Below are positions 36,400-44,888 of a stretch of DNA of 64,000 nucleotides, piece after piece. A program made the position numbers and the translations under genes. How positions within the stretch are numbered: the stretch's first letter is position 1; every line of letters begins with the position of its first letter. Location: IMG/VR virus record IMGVR_UViG_3300050821_009835, positions 200,913-264,912 of that record, one strand, 5' to 3'. Under the pieces are notes generated by a model. That model did not search any database, had not been told where the DNA came from, and saw only the letters and a list, made by a program, of their open reading frames with translations.

Positions 36400-36485
36400 G
36401 CTGGTATCGCATAGTGGCCGATTGCAGCAGTTTTGTAAACTGCCGGAGAAATCCCACGGGGGTCCAAATCCCTCTGCCAGCTCCA
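36400..36485 (+). tRNA. trnT: tRNA-Thr(UGU), long variable arm, atypical T-loop, CCA encoded
   Basis: Acceptor GCTGGTA/TGCCAGC; arm GCAGT-TTTGTAA-ACTGC; variable CGGAGAAATCCCAC; T-loop TCCAAAT. Confidence 0.85.
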
Positions 36486-36492
36486 AAATTTT

Positions 36493-36579
36493 AGGGCGGT
36501 CGGGTAATGGCATCCCACCTGACTTTGAATCAGACGAGCCTTCGGCTCATTGTAGGTTCGAATCCTACCCGCCCTGCCA
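36493..36579 (+). tRNA. trnQ: tRNA-Gln(UUG), long variable arm, CCA encoded
   Basis: Acceptor AGGGCGG/CCGCCCT, G73; loop CTTTGAA; variable CGAGCCTTCGGCTCATT; T-arm GTAGG-TTCGAAT-CCTAC. Confidence 0.85.
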
Positions 36580-36737
36580 ACTCCAATAACTACGGCAAGA
36601 TAGGGCGACCAGATTTGTAGCTGTTAGTGTTAGTGCATAATACCCGAAATTCCCACCTCATCCGTAGCTTAACTCCAAGGACGTGTGTTCTGTAGTATCT
36701 GAATAACAGTCCTAATTCGAAGTTCAGGAGAGAAGAC

Positions 36738-37550
36738 ATGAAGTTATTTCGTTCAGTAGTACTCGCAACAATTCTGTTGGCGGCTGCATTTGTTTTGGCT
36801 CAAAAACAGACTGGAAATCAAACTCAGAACGGCAAGCAGAACTGCACAGGTATTGGCCAGTGTCAGGGTCAACAACAGAATCAAGGGCAGCAGCAGGGTC
36901 AGAATCAGACAGGCACTAACACTCAGTCTGGAGTGAACACGGGTACCAATACTCAATCAGGCACCAATACTCAATCAGGCACTAACACTCAGTCCGGTAA
37001 GATCACCAGCAACAATTCCAACACTTCTGCTGGCGGTGCAGCTACTGCTCAGAACAGTCAGACGAGTAACAGCGTCTACAATGATTCTCGTCAGACGCCG
37101 CCTACTTTCGTTACTCCTCCCTTCCCCACCGATCATTGTCAAGCAACGGGTGGCGGTGGCGGGGCAGGAGGCGCATTCAGCTTTGGCATCTCCGGCAGTC
37201 ACACCAACAAGGAATGTCAGCAAGTTTCAACCGCACAAGCCTTTGCTGCTCTTGGAAATCCTACTGCGGCGGCTAAGATTCTGTGTGCCACCAAAACTGC
37301 TAAGCAGGCCAACCTCACCTTTGAGGATTGCCTAAAGATTGCTCAGCCACAAGAACAGGTGGCACCAACCCCAGCGCCTGTAGCTGAGCCTGTAGCCCCA
37401 GCACCGATCGTCGTACCTGCTCCGCAGGTTACGATTAACATCCCTCCGCAAGTAGTGACTGCGCTTATTCCACCGTTGACAGAAACTCCTACGGTGGTAA
37501 TAAAACACAAAAAGAAATCCAGGCCTTGTGTTCAATCTTCTGAAAAATAA
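36738..37550 (+). CDS. Secreted Q/N/T/G-rich protein with Cys-containing core and Pro-rich tail
   Basis: Signal peptide MKLFRSVVLATILLAAAFVLA; AGGAG RBS. Confidence 0.7.
   Translation: MKLFRSVVLATILLAAAFVLAQKQTGNQTQNGKQNCTGIGQCQGQQQNQGQQQGQNQTGTNTQSGVNTGTNTQSGTNTQSGTNTQSGKITSNNSNTSAGGAATAQNSQTSNSVYNDSRQTPPTFVTPPFPTDHCQATGGGGGAGGAFSFGISGSHTNKECQQVSTAQAFAALGNPTAAAKILCATKTAKQANLTFEDCLKIAQPQEQVAPTPAPVAEPVAPAPIVVPAPQVTINIPPQVVTALIPPLTETPTVVIKHKKKSRPCVQSSEK
36912..36998 (+). repeat. Degenerate 18-bp coding tandem repeat (TNTQSG)
   Basis: ACYAAYACTCARTCNGGN units, four full copies plus a partial. Confidence 0.75.
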
Positions 37551-37602
37551 TTGGGAGTAAAGCGAAGAGGTAAACGGGTCTCCAGTTAATTGGAGACCCG
37601 TT

Positions 37603-38394
37603 TTGCCAGTATTAGATTCTATGATTCAAAAAGCTACAGCCAAAGGTATGCGCCCGTATCAAGAAGATACTTCATTCATTTGTACTCATCCTCACGGCGA
37701 TCTTTTCGGTGTGTTTGACGGTCATGGTGGTCTAAATTGTTCTACATATCTTAGTGAACATTTTCCAGAAGCGTTCATTACACATTACGAAGAAGTCTAT
37801 GGTGATGCATACGAGGATTCTGTCGATGAGAAAGAAGTTTCTTTTTACAAATTTCTATCAAAAGCTGCTATGCGCAAAGCGTTTTATCAAATGGCAGATG
37901 AAACCAAACAGATGAGAAATGGTTCAACGGCCTCTGTGATTTGGGTGTTTCGTAAATTAAATTTTGCTGTTTGTGCGGTAATTGGCGATTCTCCTATTAT
38001 TGTTGGGACTGGTAAAAGGAGCTATCACTTAGGGCCGGATCACAATGCACGTTCCAACACAAAAGAGCGGGAAGCGGCTGAGAAACGTGGGGCATTTTGG
38101 GACGGTTATTATCTGTGCCATAGTTGGCATGGGGGCGGACTTCAAATGAGCCGCGCTTTGGGGGATTGTTCTCTACCGTTTCTTAGTCGTGTACCTCAAA
38201 TCTATACTCAAAAGGTGCACGATTTTGTGTTAGTTGGAACGGATGGTATTCTAGACCCAGGGCATAAGAGTCATGATATGGTGCCGGGTATGGTAAAGGC
38301 AGTTCGTGAAGGAGCTACTGCGAATCAAATCGTCGCGACAGCACTCGCAGTTCCCACCGGGGACAACGCCACTTGTCTGATTTGGAGACCATAA
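37603..38394 (+). CDS. PP2C/PPM-family Ser/Thr protein phosphatase
   Basis: RPYQED, FGVFDGHGG, GSTA, IGDS, MSRALGD, GTDG, DNAT. Confidence 0.9.
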   Translation: MPVLDSMIQKATAKGMRPYQEDTSFICTHPHGDLFGVFDGHGGLNCSTYLSEHFPEAFITHYEEVYGDAYEDSVDEKEVSFYKFLSKAAMRKAFYQMADETKQMRNGSTASVIWVFRKLNFAVCAVIGDSPIIVGTGKRSYHLGPDHNARSNTKEREAAEKRGAFWDGYYLCHSWHGGGLQMSRALGDCSLPFLSRVPQIYTQKVHDFVLVGTDGILDPGHKSHDMVPGMVKAVREGATANQIVATALAVPTGDNATCLIWRP

Positions 38395-40314
38395 TTGCAG
38401 CTCAACGAGGAACAGCTTCTAGCTGTAGAACATTCCATTGGGAGCCCGGCAGTATTGGTAGCGGGTGCAGGTAGTGGTAAAACAAGAGTTCTTACTGAAC
38501 GTGTTCGTTGGTTGATGAAGCAAGGCATTGCCCCTCGCCGGATTTGCGTTCTAACTTTTACTAACAAAGCTGCGGGGGAATTAGTCAATCGTTTGGGTCT
38601 TGGGCCAGAAGTTCCTCGTGATCAGGTTCCCCGCGTTAGCACAATTCACTCTCTTGCTCTTAGTGCCATTCGTCGCAATCCTCAAGGTTTTGGCCTTTTG
38701 TCTCGTGTTTCCCCACTTGATGAAGGTGATGCGGGCAGTATGATTAAGAAAATCATCGATCGCTTAGAATTAGATGAAAATCAGTGGGCAATGTTGGAAG
38801 TGATAAGTTACCACCGTGCTCGTGGTCTTTGCTTTTCTAGTGACTATACAGATGAAATCCATAAAATCTCGGAAAAGGCGCACGGCGGTTATCATGCTAT
38901 GGATGCTGGACGGCTTGCTATCTGGAAGGCATACGAGGCGGAGAAGAAAGCCAATTCCGTAGTTGACTTCGATGATATGGTACATCTAGTCGTTCATCGC
39001 GGTAAAATGGATAGCACCTGGCGCGGGAAACTTGAAAAGACCTTCGAGTTTTTATTGATGGATGAAGCACAGGATACCAACCCGATTCAATGGGCGTTTG
39101 TCAATTTATTAGTTGCACCAGACAATCCAAATCTATATGTTGTCGGTGACATGAATCAGAGCATCTACGGCTTTAATGGGGCTACCCCGGAACTCCTTAA
39201 AGAATACAGTGAGGGTTGGCGCGGTGTTGTTCCTAAACTTTACAAGATTCAACGCAATCATCGTTCTGTCCCCGAAATTGTTAATCTCGCGAATGCTACC
39301 TGCGCTAAAATGACCAATTCGATTCCACTGAAAATGGAATCCTGGCGAGGGATCAATAATGAACATGGTACCACCAAATTGATGAAAGCGTGCGAACCAC
39401 GCGACATTGCTGTTCAGATAGCAACAGAAATTTACCATGATGCCAACCTTAAAAAGAATCCCATAGTCTATCGTGACAACGCTGTGTTAGTCCGTAGCGG
39501 TAAGACTCAAGTCCGGGATATAGAAGCTGAGTTGGTAAAGCGGCGCATCCCTTATGTGGTGCGCGGCGGCCTGTCCCTCCTTCAGACGGAAGAGGTTCGC
39601 GATTTGATGGCGTATATGAGGCTCATTGCAAACCCAAACGATTTCATGGCGCTCGTACGGGCTTCAGGTATTCCAAAGCGTGGCGTGGGGCCGAAGGCGC
39701 TAGAGGATATTCGTGATCGAGCCAAGCTACAGCACAGCAATGACTTGGTTGCTGCCAGCGCCAGCGACAAGAAATTGGGCGGTTTCGCTGCCATGATAAA
39801 GAGTCTTGGAGATTACCGAGATGATCCTTTCAAGGCGCTTCAAGAACTCATTCGTCTTCTTAATTATGGTCAGATCATTCAGGATAAGTACAAGCGTGAA
39901 CCGGAGCGAGTACAGCAGAAATTGGAGAATATCAATCGTTTACAGATGATGTTTCAAATTCTCCTTGAGGAGAATGAAATGACCATCGAGGATCTGGTGT
40001 TCCAGTTGAGTATGAATAAACAATCTGAGCAATCAAATAAAGACGAAGGGAAGGTTGTCATTAGTACGATCCATTCTGCTAAAGGATTGGAATTTCGGCG
40101 CGTATACGTGACCAATTGTTACGAAGGCTCCCTTCCTCATAAATTTTCAATGGGATCCCCATCGGAAATTGAGGAGGAAAGGCGGCTTTTTTATGTGGCA
40201 TGTACTAGGGCCAAGGACAACCTTACACTCTGCCTCCCAGCAATGATTCAACACGGTCCAAATACTACTGCTTTAACTCCCAGCAGATTTCTATACGAAA
40301 TTGGCGTTCACTGA
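38395..40314 (+). CDS. UvrD/PcrA/Rep superfamily 1 helicase
   Basis: AGAGSGKT, TFTNKAA, STIHS, MDEAQD, VGDMNQSIY, NHRS, STIHSAKGLEF, EERRLFYVACTRA. Confidence 0.95.
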   Translation: MQLNEEQLLAVEHSIGSPAVLVAGAGSGKTRVLTERVRWLMKQGIAPRRICVLTFTNKAAGELVNRLGLGPEVPRDQVPRVSTIHSLALSAIRRNPQGFGLLSRVSPLDEGDAGSMIKKIIDRLELDENQWAMLEVISYHRARGLCFSSDYTDEIHKISEKAHGGYHAMDAGRLAIWKAYEAEKKANSVVDFDDMVHLVVHRGKMDSTWRGKLEKTFEFLLMDEAQDTNPIQWAFVNLLVAPDNPNLYVVGDMNQSIYGFNGATPELLKEYSEGWRGVVPKLYKIQRNHRSVPEIVNLANATCAKMTNSIPLKMESWRGINNEHGTTKLMKACEPRDIAVQIATEIYHDANLKKNPIVYRDNAVLVRSGKTQVRDIEAELVKRRIPYVVRGGLSLLQTEEVRDLMAYMRLIANPNDFMALVRASGIPKRGVGPKALEDIRDRAKLQHSNDLVAASASDKKLGGFAAMIKSLGDYRDDPFKALQELIRLLNYGQIIQDKYKREPERVQQKLENINRLQMMFQILLEENEMTIEDLVFQLSMNKQSEQSNKDEGKVVISTIHSAKGLEFRRVYVTNCYEGSLPHKFSMGSPSEIEEERRLFYVACTRAKDNLTLCLPAMIQHGPNTTALTPSRFLYEIGVH

Positions 40315-40343
40315 GTAGTATACAACAGGAAAAGGAGAAACCG

Positions 40344-40502
40344 ATGCTCACCGAACCCGGACTCAACACGCTTCAGAGTAGGGAACTTGCCGACCGAATT
40401 GAAGAGGCAGTTGGGCCACTCCGCGAACGTATCCAAGAACTTGAGAGCAAAGTAGAACGTTTAGAACAACAAATTCCCTCATCAGAAAGTTGGAGGTTTT
40501 AG
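40344..40502 (+). CDS. 52-aa coiled-coil protein (not in ORF track)
   Basis: AAGGAG RBS; LRERIQELESKVERLEQQI. Confidence 0.55.
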   Translation: MLTEPGLNTLQSRELADRIEEAVGPLRERIQELESKVERLEQQIPSSESWRF

Positions 40503-41474
40503 TTGAATAAGCCATCTTGGGGCGTAATCGTTGGCCGTTTTCAAGTGCACGAACTCCATGAAGGTCACATGGACTTATTCCGCGCCGTCATGGGACGCCA
40601 TAATCGTGTAATTGTTTTTGTGGGTAAGTCTCCGAATGGAATGACCAAACGTAACCCGCTAGATTTCGTTACTCGCAAGGCGATGATTCAAGCAAAGTTC
40701 CCTAATTTTACAGTTCTTCCTTTGATTGATTGTATGACAGACGAGGCGTGGTCTGATTCTCTGGACGCCAAAATCCGAGAGGTTGTTGACTATGGCGACG
40801 TTACTCTGTATGGGGGCCGTGACAGTTTCGTGCCTCATTACCACGGTGCCTATCCTCCTGTTGAACTCGCTTTGCCTACCACGGAGCACATCAAAGGCGA
40901 AGACATTCGGGCAAAGTTGACAAATACGATCATCGAGTCCGCTGATTTTCGCGCTGGCGCTATTTACTCCGCGATGAATCAGTGGCCCAAAGCCATTACT
41001 TGCGTGGATGTAGTCATGTATCACTACTCTTGGTCAGATGTGAATAAAAACAATGACGACATGGAGTTCCTTCTCTGCAAGAAATACGGTGAGCCTGGTT
41101 GGCGTTTCGTGGGTGGCCACACTAAACCGATAACTGAGACTTTTGAACAGGATGCCAAAGATGAAGCTAGGGAAGAAGTGGGCCAATATCTAACCAAAAT
41201 GGAGTATATTGGCAGCTGTTATGTTCCCGACTGGCGCTGGGCGGCTGAGCAGGATAAAGTCAAGACGCTCGTGTTCGCCTCCGAGACTATGACTCTATCC
41301 GCTGCAGCAAAGGACGACATTTCTGAAGCGAAATGGTTTTCTATTCGTGAACTGAAAGAGGGGCTCCTCAACCCGGTTCATCACCCGATATTAAAGCTCG
41401 TACAAGAAGGATTCAGAAAGGAATTCAAACTATATGCCGCGCCCATTTCAACCGCGTCCGTTGCACAAGACTGA
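40503..41474 (+). CDS. nadM: Bifunctional NMN adenylyltransferase / Nudix (ADP-ribose pyrophosphatase)
   Basis: VGRFQ...HEGH, RNPL, D..W, YGGRDSF; C-terminal GGH....ET...A..EAREEVG, DDI..AKWF. Confidence 0.9.
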   Translation: MNKPSWGVIVGRFQVHELHEGHMDLFRAVMGRHNRVIVFVGKSPNGMTKRNPLDFVTRKAMIQAKFPNFTVLPLIDCMTDEAWSDSLDAKIREVVDYGDVTLYGGRDSFVPHYHGAYPPVELALPTTEHIKGEDIRAKLTNTIIESADFRAGAIYSAMNQWPKAITCVDVVMYHYSWSDVNKNNDDMEFLLCKKYGEPGWRFVGGHTKPITETFEQDAKDEAREEVGQYLTKMEYIGSCYVPDWRWAAEQDKVKTLVFASETMTLSAAAKDDISEAKWFSIRELKEGLLNPVHHPILKLVQEGFRKEFKLYAAPISTASVAQD

Positions 41475-42864
41475 CAGCTATAAGGTTGGTCACTGGAGAT
41501 TCATTGTCCCGGGAACTACGGAGATGCTCTACTACTACGAAGCTCGTGGCGGCGAGTATCCATACACTGTACTATTTGATCTCCAAGGAAACATTCAACG
41601 CAACATCGAAGGTCGTTTCGCCACTCTAACTGATGTTGAGGAGGCAGAATTTAAGGCGGGTCTCCATTTTGGCACGGATCGTGCTTTCAATAAAGAGGGC
41701 TGGCGCCACGTCATCAACAAGCATGGCGGTCACCTACCTTTGGATATCCGCGCTGTGAAAGAAGGCATTCCTGTAGAAGTGAAGAACGTTATGTGGACAA
41801 TGAAGAACTCATGCCCTGATTGTGCTTGGGTTCCTGGTTGGACAGAAACAATTCTGGAGCATACCTGGTACGGCTCCGGCGTTGTCACCAAATCTCGGTA
41901 TTCCAAAGAAATGATTGCTGAATTTCTTTCGGGTACAGCAGATGATTTTTCTACTTTGCCTTTTCAGCTGCATGACTTCGGTGGTCGCGGCGTCACTTGT
42001 GATCTACAAATGGGCATCGGGGCAGCGGCTCATTTAGTCAATTTCCAAGGCACTGATACATTGCCTGGTCTAGACTACATTGAGCAGTTTTATGGGTTTG
42101 GAATCGAAAACGAAATGCCCGGCTTTTCTGTATTCGCTACAGAGCATTCTGTCACTACAATGTGGAAACGGGAGTATGAATCCCAGTTTGTAGAGAACGC
42201 TTTGAATGAGGTTCCGTCGGGAATTCTTTCTTTGGTTGGAGATAGCTATGATATCTTCAACTTCACGGCTAATATCATCGGCGGGACTTACCGCGAACGC
42301 ATTCGCAATCGAGATGGTAAGGTTGTTGTTCGCCCCGACTCAGGTGATTCAGTTGCAGTAACACTTCGAGTACTTGACATTTTGGCAGAGAAATTTGGCA
42401 TTCGTGAGAATGACAAAGGTTACAAGGTTCTCCCGCCCTGTGTAGGTGTGCTGTGGGGAGATGGCATTGATCACTATGGCATTCGAAAAATTTTGCAGGC
42501 CATGAAGGACGCCAAGTGGTCCGCATCTAACATTGTCTTCGGTATGGGCGGAGGGTTGCTTCAGAAGATTAACCGCGATACGCAGAAGGTTGCTATTAAA
42601 TGCTGTAATGCGGTAGTCAACGGCGGCCAAGTTGAGATTTGGAAAGACCCCGTTACTGACCCAGGTAAGGCTTCTAAGCGAGGACGCTTGGCACTTCTGG
42701 AAGATTCGAATGACCAATATCGCACGGTGCAATACAAGGATGAAAGGGCGGGTTGCCCATTTGATCTCCTTGAGCCAGTTTTTCTTAATGGTGAATTATT
42801 AAGATTTCAGAAGTTCCCGGAGATTCGTAAGCTGGCGGAGGTTGTTCTTCCTGTTTACGTATAG
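41434..42864 (+). CDS. nadV: Nicotinamide phosphoribosyltransferase
   Basis: TDSYKVGH, LHDFGGRG, HLVNFQGTD, ATEHS, SLVGDSYD, VRPDSGD, GDG, FGMGGGLLQKINRDT, SKRGRL. Confidence 0.95.
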   Translation: MPRPFQPRPLHKTDSYKVGHWRFIVPGTTEMLYYYEARGGEYPYTVLFDLQGNIQRNIEGRFATLTDVEEAEFKAGLHFGTDRAFNKEGWRHVINKHGGHLPLDIRAVKEGIPVEVKNVMWTMKNSCPDCAWVPGWTETILEHTWYGSGVVTKSRYSKEMIAEFLSGTADDFSTLPFQLHDFGGRGVTCDLQMGIGAAAHLVNFQGTDTLPGLDYIEQFYGFGIENEMPGFSVFATEHSVTTMWKREYESQFVENALNEVPSGILSLVGDSYDIFNFTANIIGGTYRERIRNRDGKVVVRPDSGDSVAVTLRVLDILAEKFGIRENDKGYKVLPPCVGVLWGDGIDHYGIRKILQAMKDAKWSASNIVFGMGGGLLQKINRDTQKVAIKCCNAVVNGGQVEIWKDPVTDPGKASKRGRLALLEDSNDQYRTVQYKDERAGCPFDLLEPVFLNGELLRFQKFPEIRKLAEVVLPVYV

Positions 42865-42891
42865 CTGTTCGTACTCCACCTATCGTAGATT

Positions 42892-43110
42892 GTGAGTGGA
42901 GGGAATATGATTAAGAAAATCAGGAAGTTGAACGCACGTAAGCAGATGAAATTCGTCCGTAGACCTTCAACGCCCAGAACGGACTGGAGAGATCTAGGTG
43001 AAGGTTTTGGATGGCGAGCCTTTGTAACGGAACGAAATCCCGAACCCGAGGGTGTAGAATGCCCTCAACCAGAAAAGCTCGATTTGTGGGCGGAAACTCT
43101 TTGGGTGTAG
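42892..43110 (+). CDS. Hypothetical protein
   Basis: Short basic ORF. Confidence 0.45.
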   Translation: MSGGNMIKKIRKLNARKQMKFVRRPSTPRTDWRDLGEGFGWRAFVTERNPEPEGVECPQPEKLDLWAETLWV

Positions 43111-43125
43111 TATTGAACTGGTATT

Positions 43126-43569
43126 ATGCCCCCAATTTCTAACCCCAACGCTCGCCAAATCGGTGGTACCCATTACAATCAGGTCTCAATTCAACATTGG
43201 GACCTTGTTCTAACCAATCGCCTTCCTTATCTTGAAGCACAAGCCACCAAATATGTGACTCGTTGGAAAAAGAAGAATCAGGCTGTCGCCGATATCGATA
43301 AGTCGCAGCACTATCTAGAGAAGCTGATTGTTTCTATTCAAGAAGGCTTCTTGCCGATGCCCACTCCAGAGTTTACATCATGCGGGTCTCCTAGAGTGCC
43401 ATTGACAAACCTGGATGAATTCGCTTCTCAAAACAAGATCGGCGATGTTGAAAAGACAATCTTCTACCTTCTCTTGACTTACACTACAATGGATGAACTT
43501 GAAAGGATACGCATACTTCTTGCTCATCTCATGATAGAGGCAAAAGAATTTGAAGCATCTCTGGTATGA
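43126..43569 (+). CDS. DUF3310-like protein
   Basis: QIGGTHY....QHWD...YLE..ATKYVTRWKKKN...DIDK..HYL. Confidence 0.75.
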   Translation: MPPISNPNARQIGGTHYNQVSIQHWDLVLTNRLPYLEAQATKYVTRWKKKNQAVADIDKSQHYLEKLIVSIQEGFLPMPTPEFTSCGSPRVPLTNLDEFASQNKIGDVEKTIFYLLLTYTTMDELERIRILLAHLMIEAKEFEASLV

Positions 43570-43694
43570 ACTGGTAGCCGTATGAAGATGATCTGCCCAG
43601 CTTGTAAGAAGATTATGGAACGAGACCCTAGAACTTCTTCATTTACTAAGAAAAATCATGTTAGGTCGTTCTGTGAAACTACAGGTAAATCAGT

Positions 43695-44009
43695 ATGGCT
43701 AAAGCCAGTACGAAAGGCAGTATGAATATTCTAGAATTTCTCCTTCTCCTTGAATCCACTGTCCCTCCCCCATTAAATTGTCATCACGTAATACTTGCCG
43801 CAAAATATGGCAGTGATAAAGAAGGTTGGAATAACCGTCTCGCCGTTCAAATCAATGTGAATGGCAAGTTTCAATGCTTCTTTCTGGATGACGCGGATCT
43901 TGCAACAGAAGCGGCAGTATTAGTGAGTAGGATCACTATGCTGTTGACAGGCACTGTTCTGGCAACTAAAATTCAATACAGCAGAGAAGCAAGTTCGTTT
44001 GTGGAATAA
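43695..44009 (+). CDS. Hypothetical protein (start probably MNILEF)
   Basis: ORF continuity in the operon. Confidence 0.5.
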   Translation: MAKASTKGSMNILEFLLLLESTVPPPLNCHHVILAAKYGSDKEGWNNRLAVQINVNGKFQCFFLDDADLATEAAVLVSRITMLLTGTVLATKIQYSREASSFVE

Positions 44010-44012
44010 TCT

Positions 44013-44288
44013 ATGCCCTACACTGAACCTCAAGATCGTGTTAAGGTTGATGAATTGATTGCGGGTGCCGTTTCTCACACTGGTGATTGGTCCGCTGGGG
44101 ATCTTACCTACGGGTTGACAAAACTAGTCGTGGCTTGGATCAAAAGCCATGGTAAGAAGTACCTGAATCTAGCCATCGTTATGGGCTGCCTCTTTTGTAC
44201 GGCCTTTGAACTTTATCGCCGAGTGATTGCGCCATACGAGGATAAAAAGCGCCAAGATAATGGCGATGTTTATGGTGACATTCTCTAA
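44013..44288 (+). CDS. Conserved small phage protein (MPY...GDLTY...YRR...PYED.K...NGDVY family)
   Basis: Recognisable family pattern, function unknown. Confidence 0.65.
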   Translation: MPYTEPQDRVKVDELIAGAVSHTGDWSAGDLTYGLTKLVVAWIKSHGKKYLNLAIVMGCLFCTAFELYRRVIAPYEDKKRQDNGDVYGDIL

Positions 44289-44888
44289 ATGAGTGTCATC
44301 TATGGTTTTCGCGGCGCAAATGGTTCTGGTAAATCGACTCTTGTCCGTCAACTCATGAAGCATATTGGCGTTGTAGCTGATCTTACAGAGCCCTCCGGTA
44401 AGGTCTGGGGGTACGAACTCCAGAACAACATCCGTGTCTTGGGTCGATATGAAACTCAATGCGGCGGTGTGGATGCCATAAAAGAAGTTCGTGTACCCGG
44501 TCAGTCCGGATTTGTAAACACTCGAAAGGGAATTACACTCCTTGCCTCTCTAGGGCATGTCATTTTTGAAGGAGTGCTATGGTCAACCGTTTTCAAGAGT
44601 AGCGACCTCATCGCTCGGGCGCTCCCTCAACATCATTTTATCTTTGCCATGCTAGATACCCCGGCTGAAGTTTGCATTGAACGAGTGCGGGCAAGACGGT
44701 TGGAAAAAGGCAATCATAAACCCTTCAACCCACGAGAGCTATTGTCGAAGGTGGAACAGATCCGAAGACGACAAGAAGATTTGAAGAAAGCTGGGTATGA
44801 TACTCGGACGATACCGTATCAGTCGGCTTTATCTACGGTATGCGGTTGGCTTGCTGAGGAAGGTGTGTTAATCCAACCGCCAGTTTGA
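44289..44888 (+). CDS. P-loop nucleotide kinase
   Basis: RGANGSGKST, LGRY...CGGVD, IFEG, LDTP.EVC.ERV..RR lid. Confidence 0.75.
   Translation: MSVIYGFRGANGSGKSTLVRQLMKHIGVVADLTEPSGKVWGYELQNNIRVLGRYETQCGGVDAIKEVRVPGQSGFVNTRKGITLLASLGHVIFEGVLWSTVFKSSDLIARALPQHHFIFAMLDTPAEVCIERVRARRLEKGNHKPFNPRELLSKVEQIRRRQEDLKKAGYDTRTIPYQSALSTVCGWLAEEGVLIQPPV

Noticed and set aside
36018-36485. Reading the long-arm tRNAs as tRNA-Tyr (GUA appears in both loops)
   Set aside because: With 5-bp stems and 7-nt loops the centred triplets are CGU and UGU, and the acceptor ends fit Thr.
36590-36680. Possible degenerate tRNA after tRNA-Gln (CTACGG/CCGTAG, ends near ACTCCA)
   Set aside because: No D-, anticodon or T-arm could be drawn.
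14681-40314. Inteins in the polymerase or helicase
   Set aside because: No C/S...HN-C/S/T junctions or LAGLIDADG motifs; the inserts are not intein-like.
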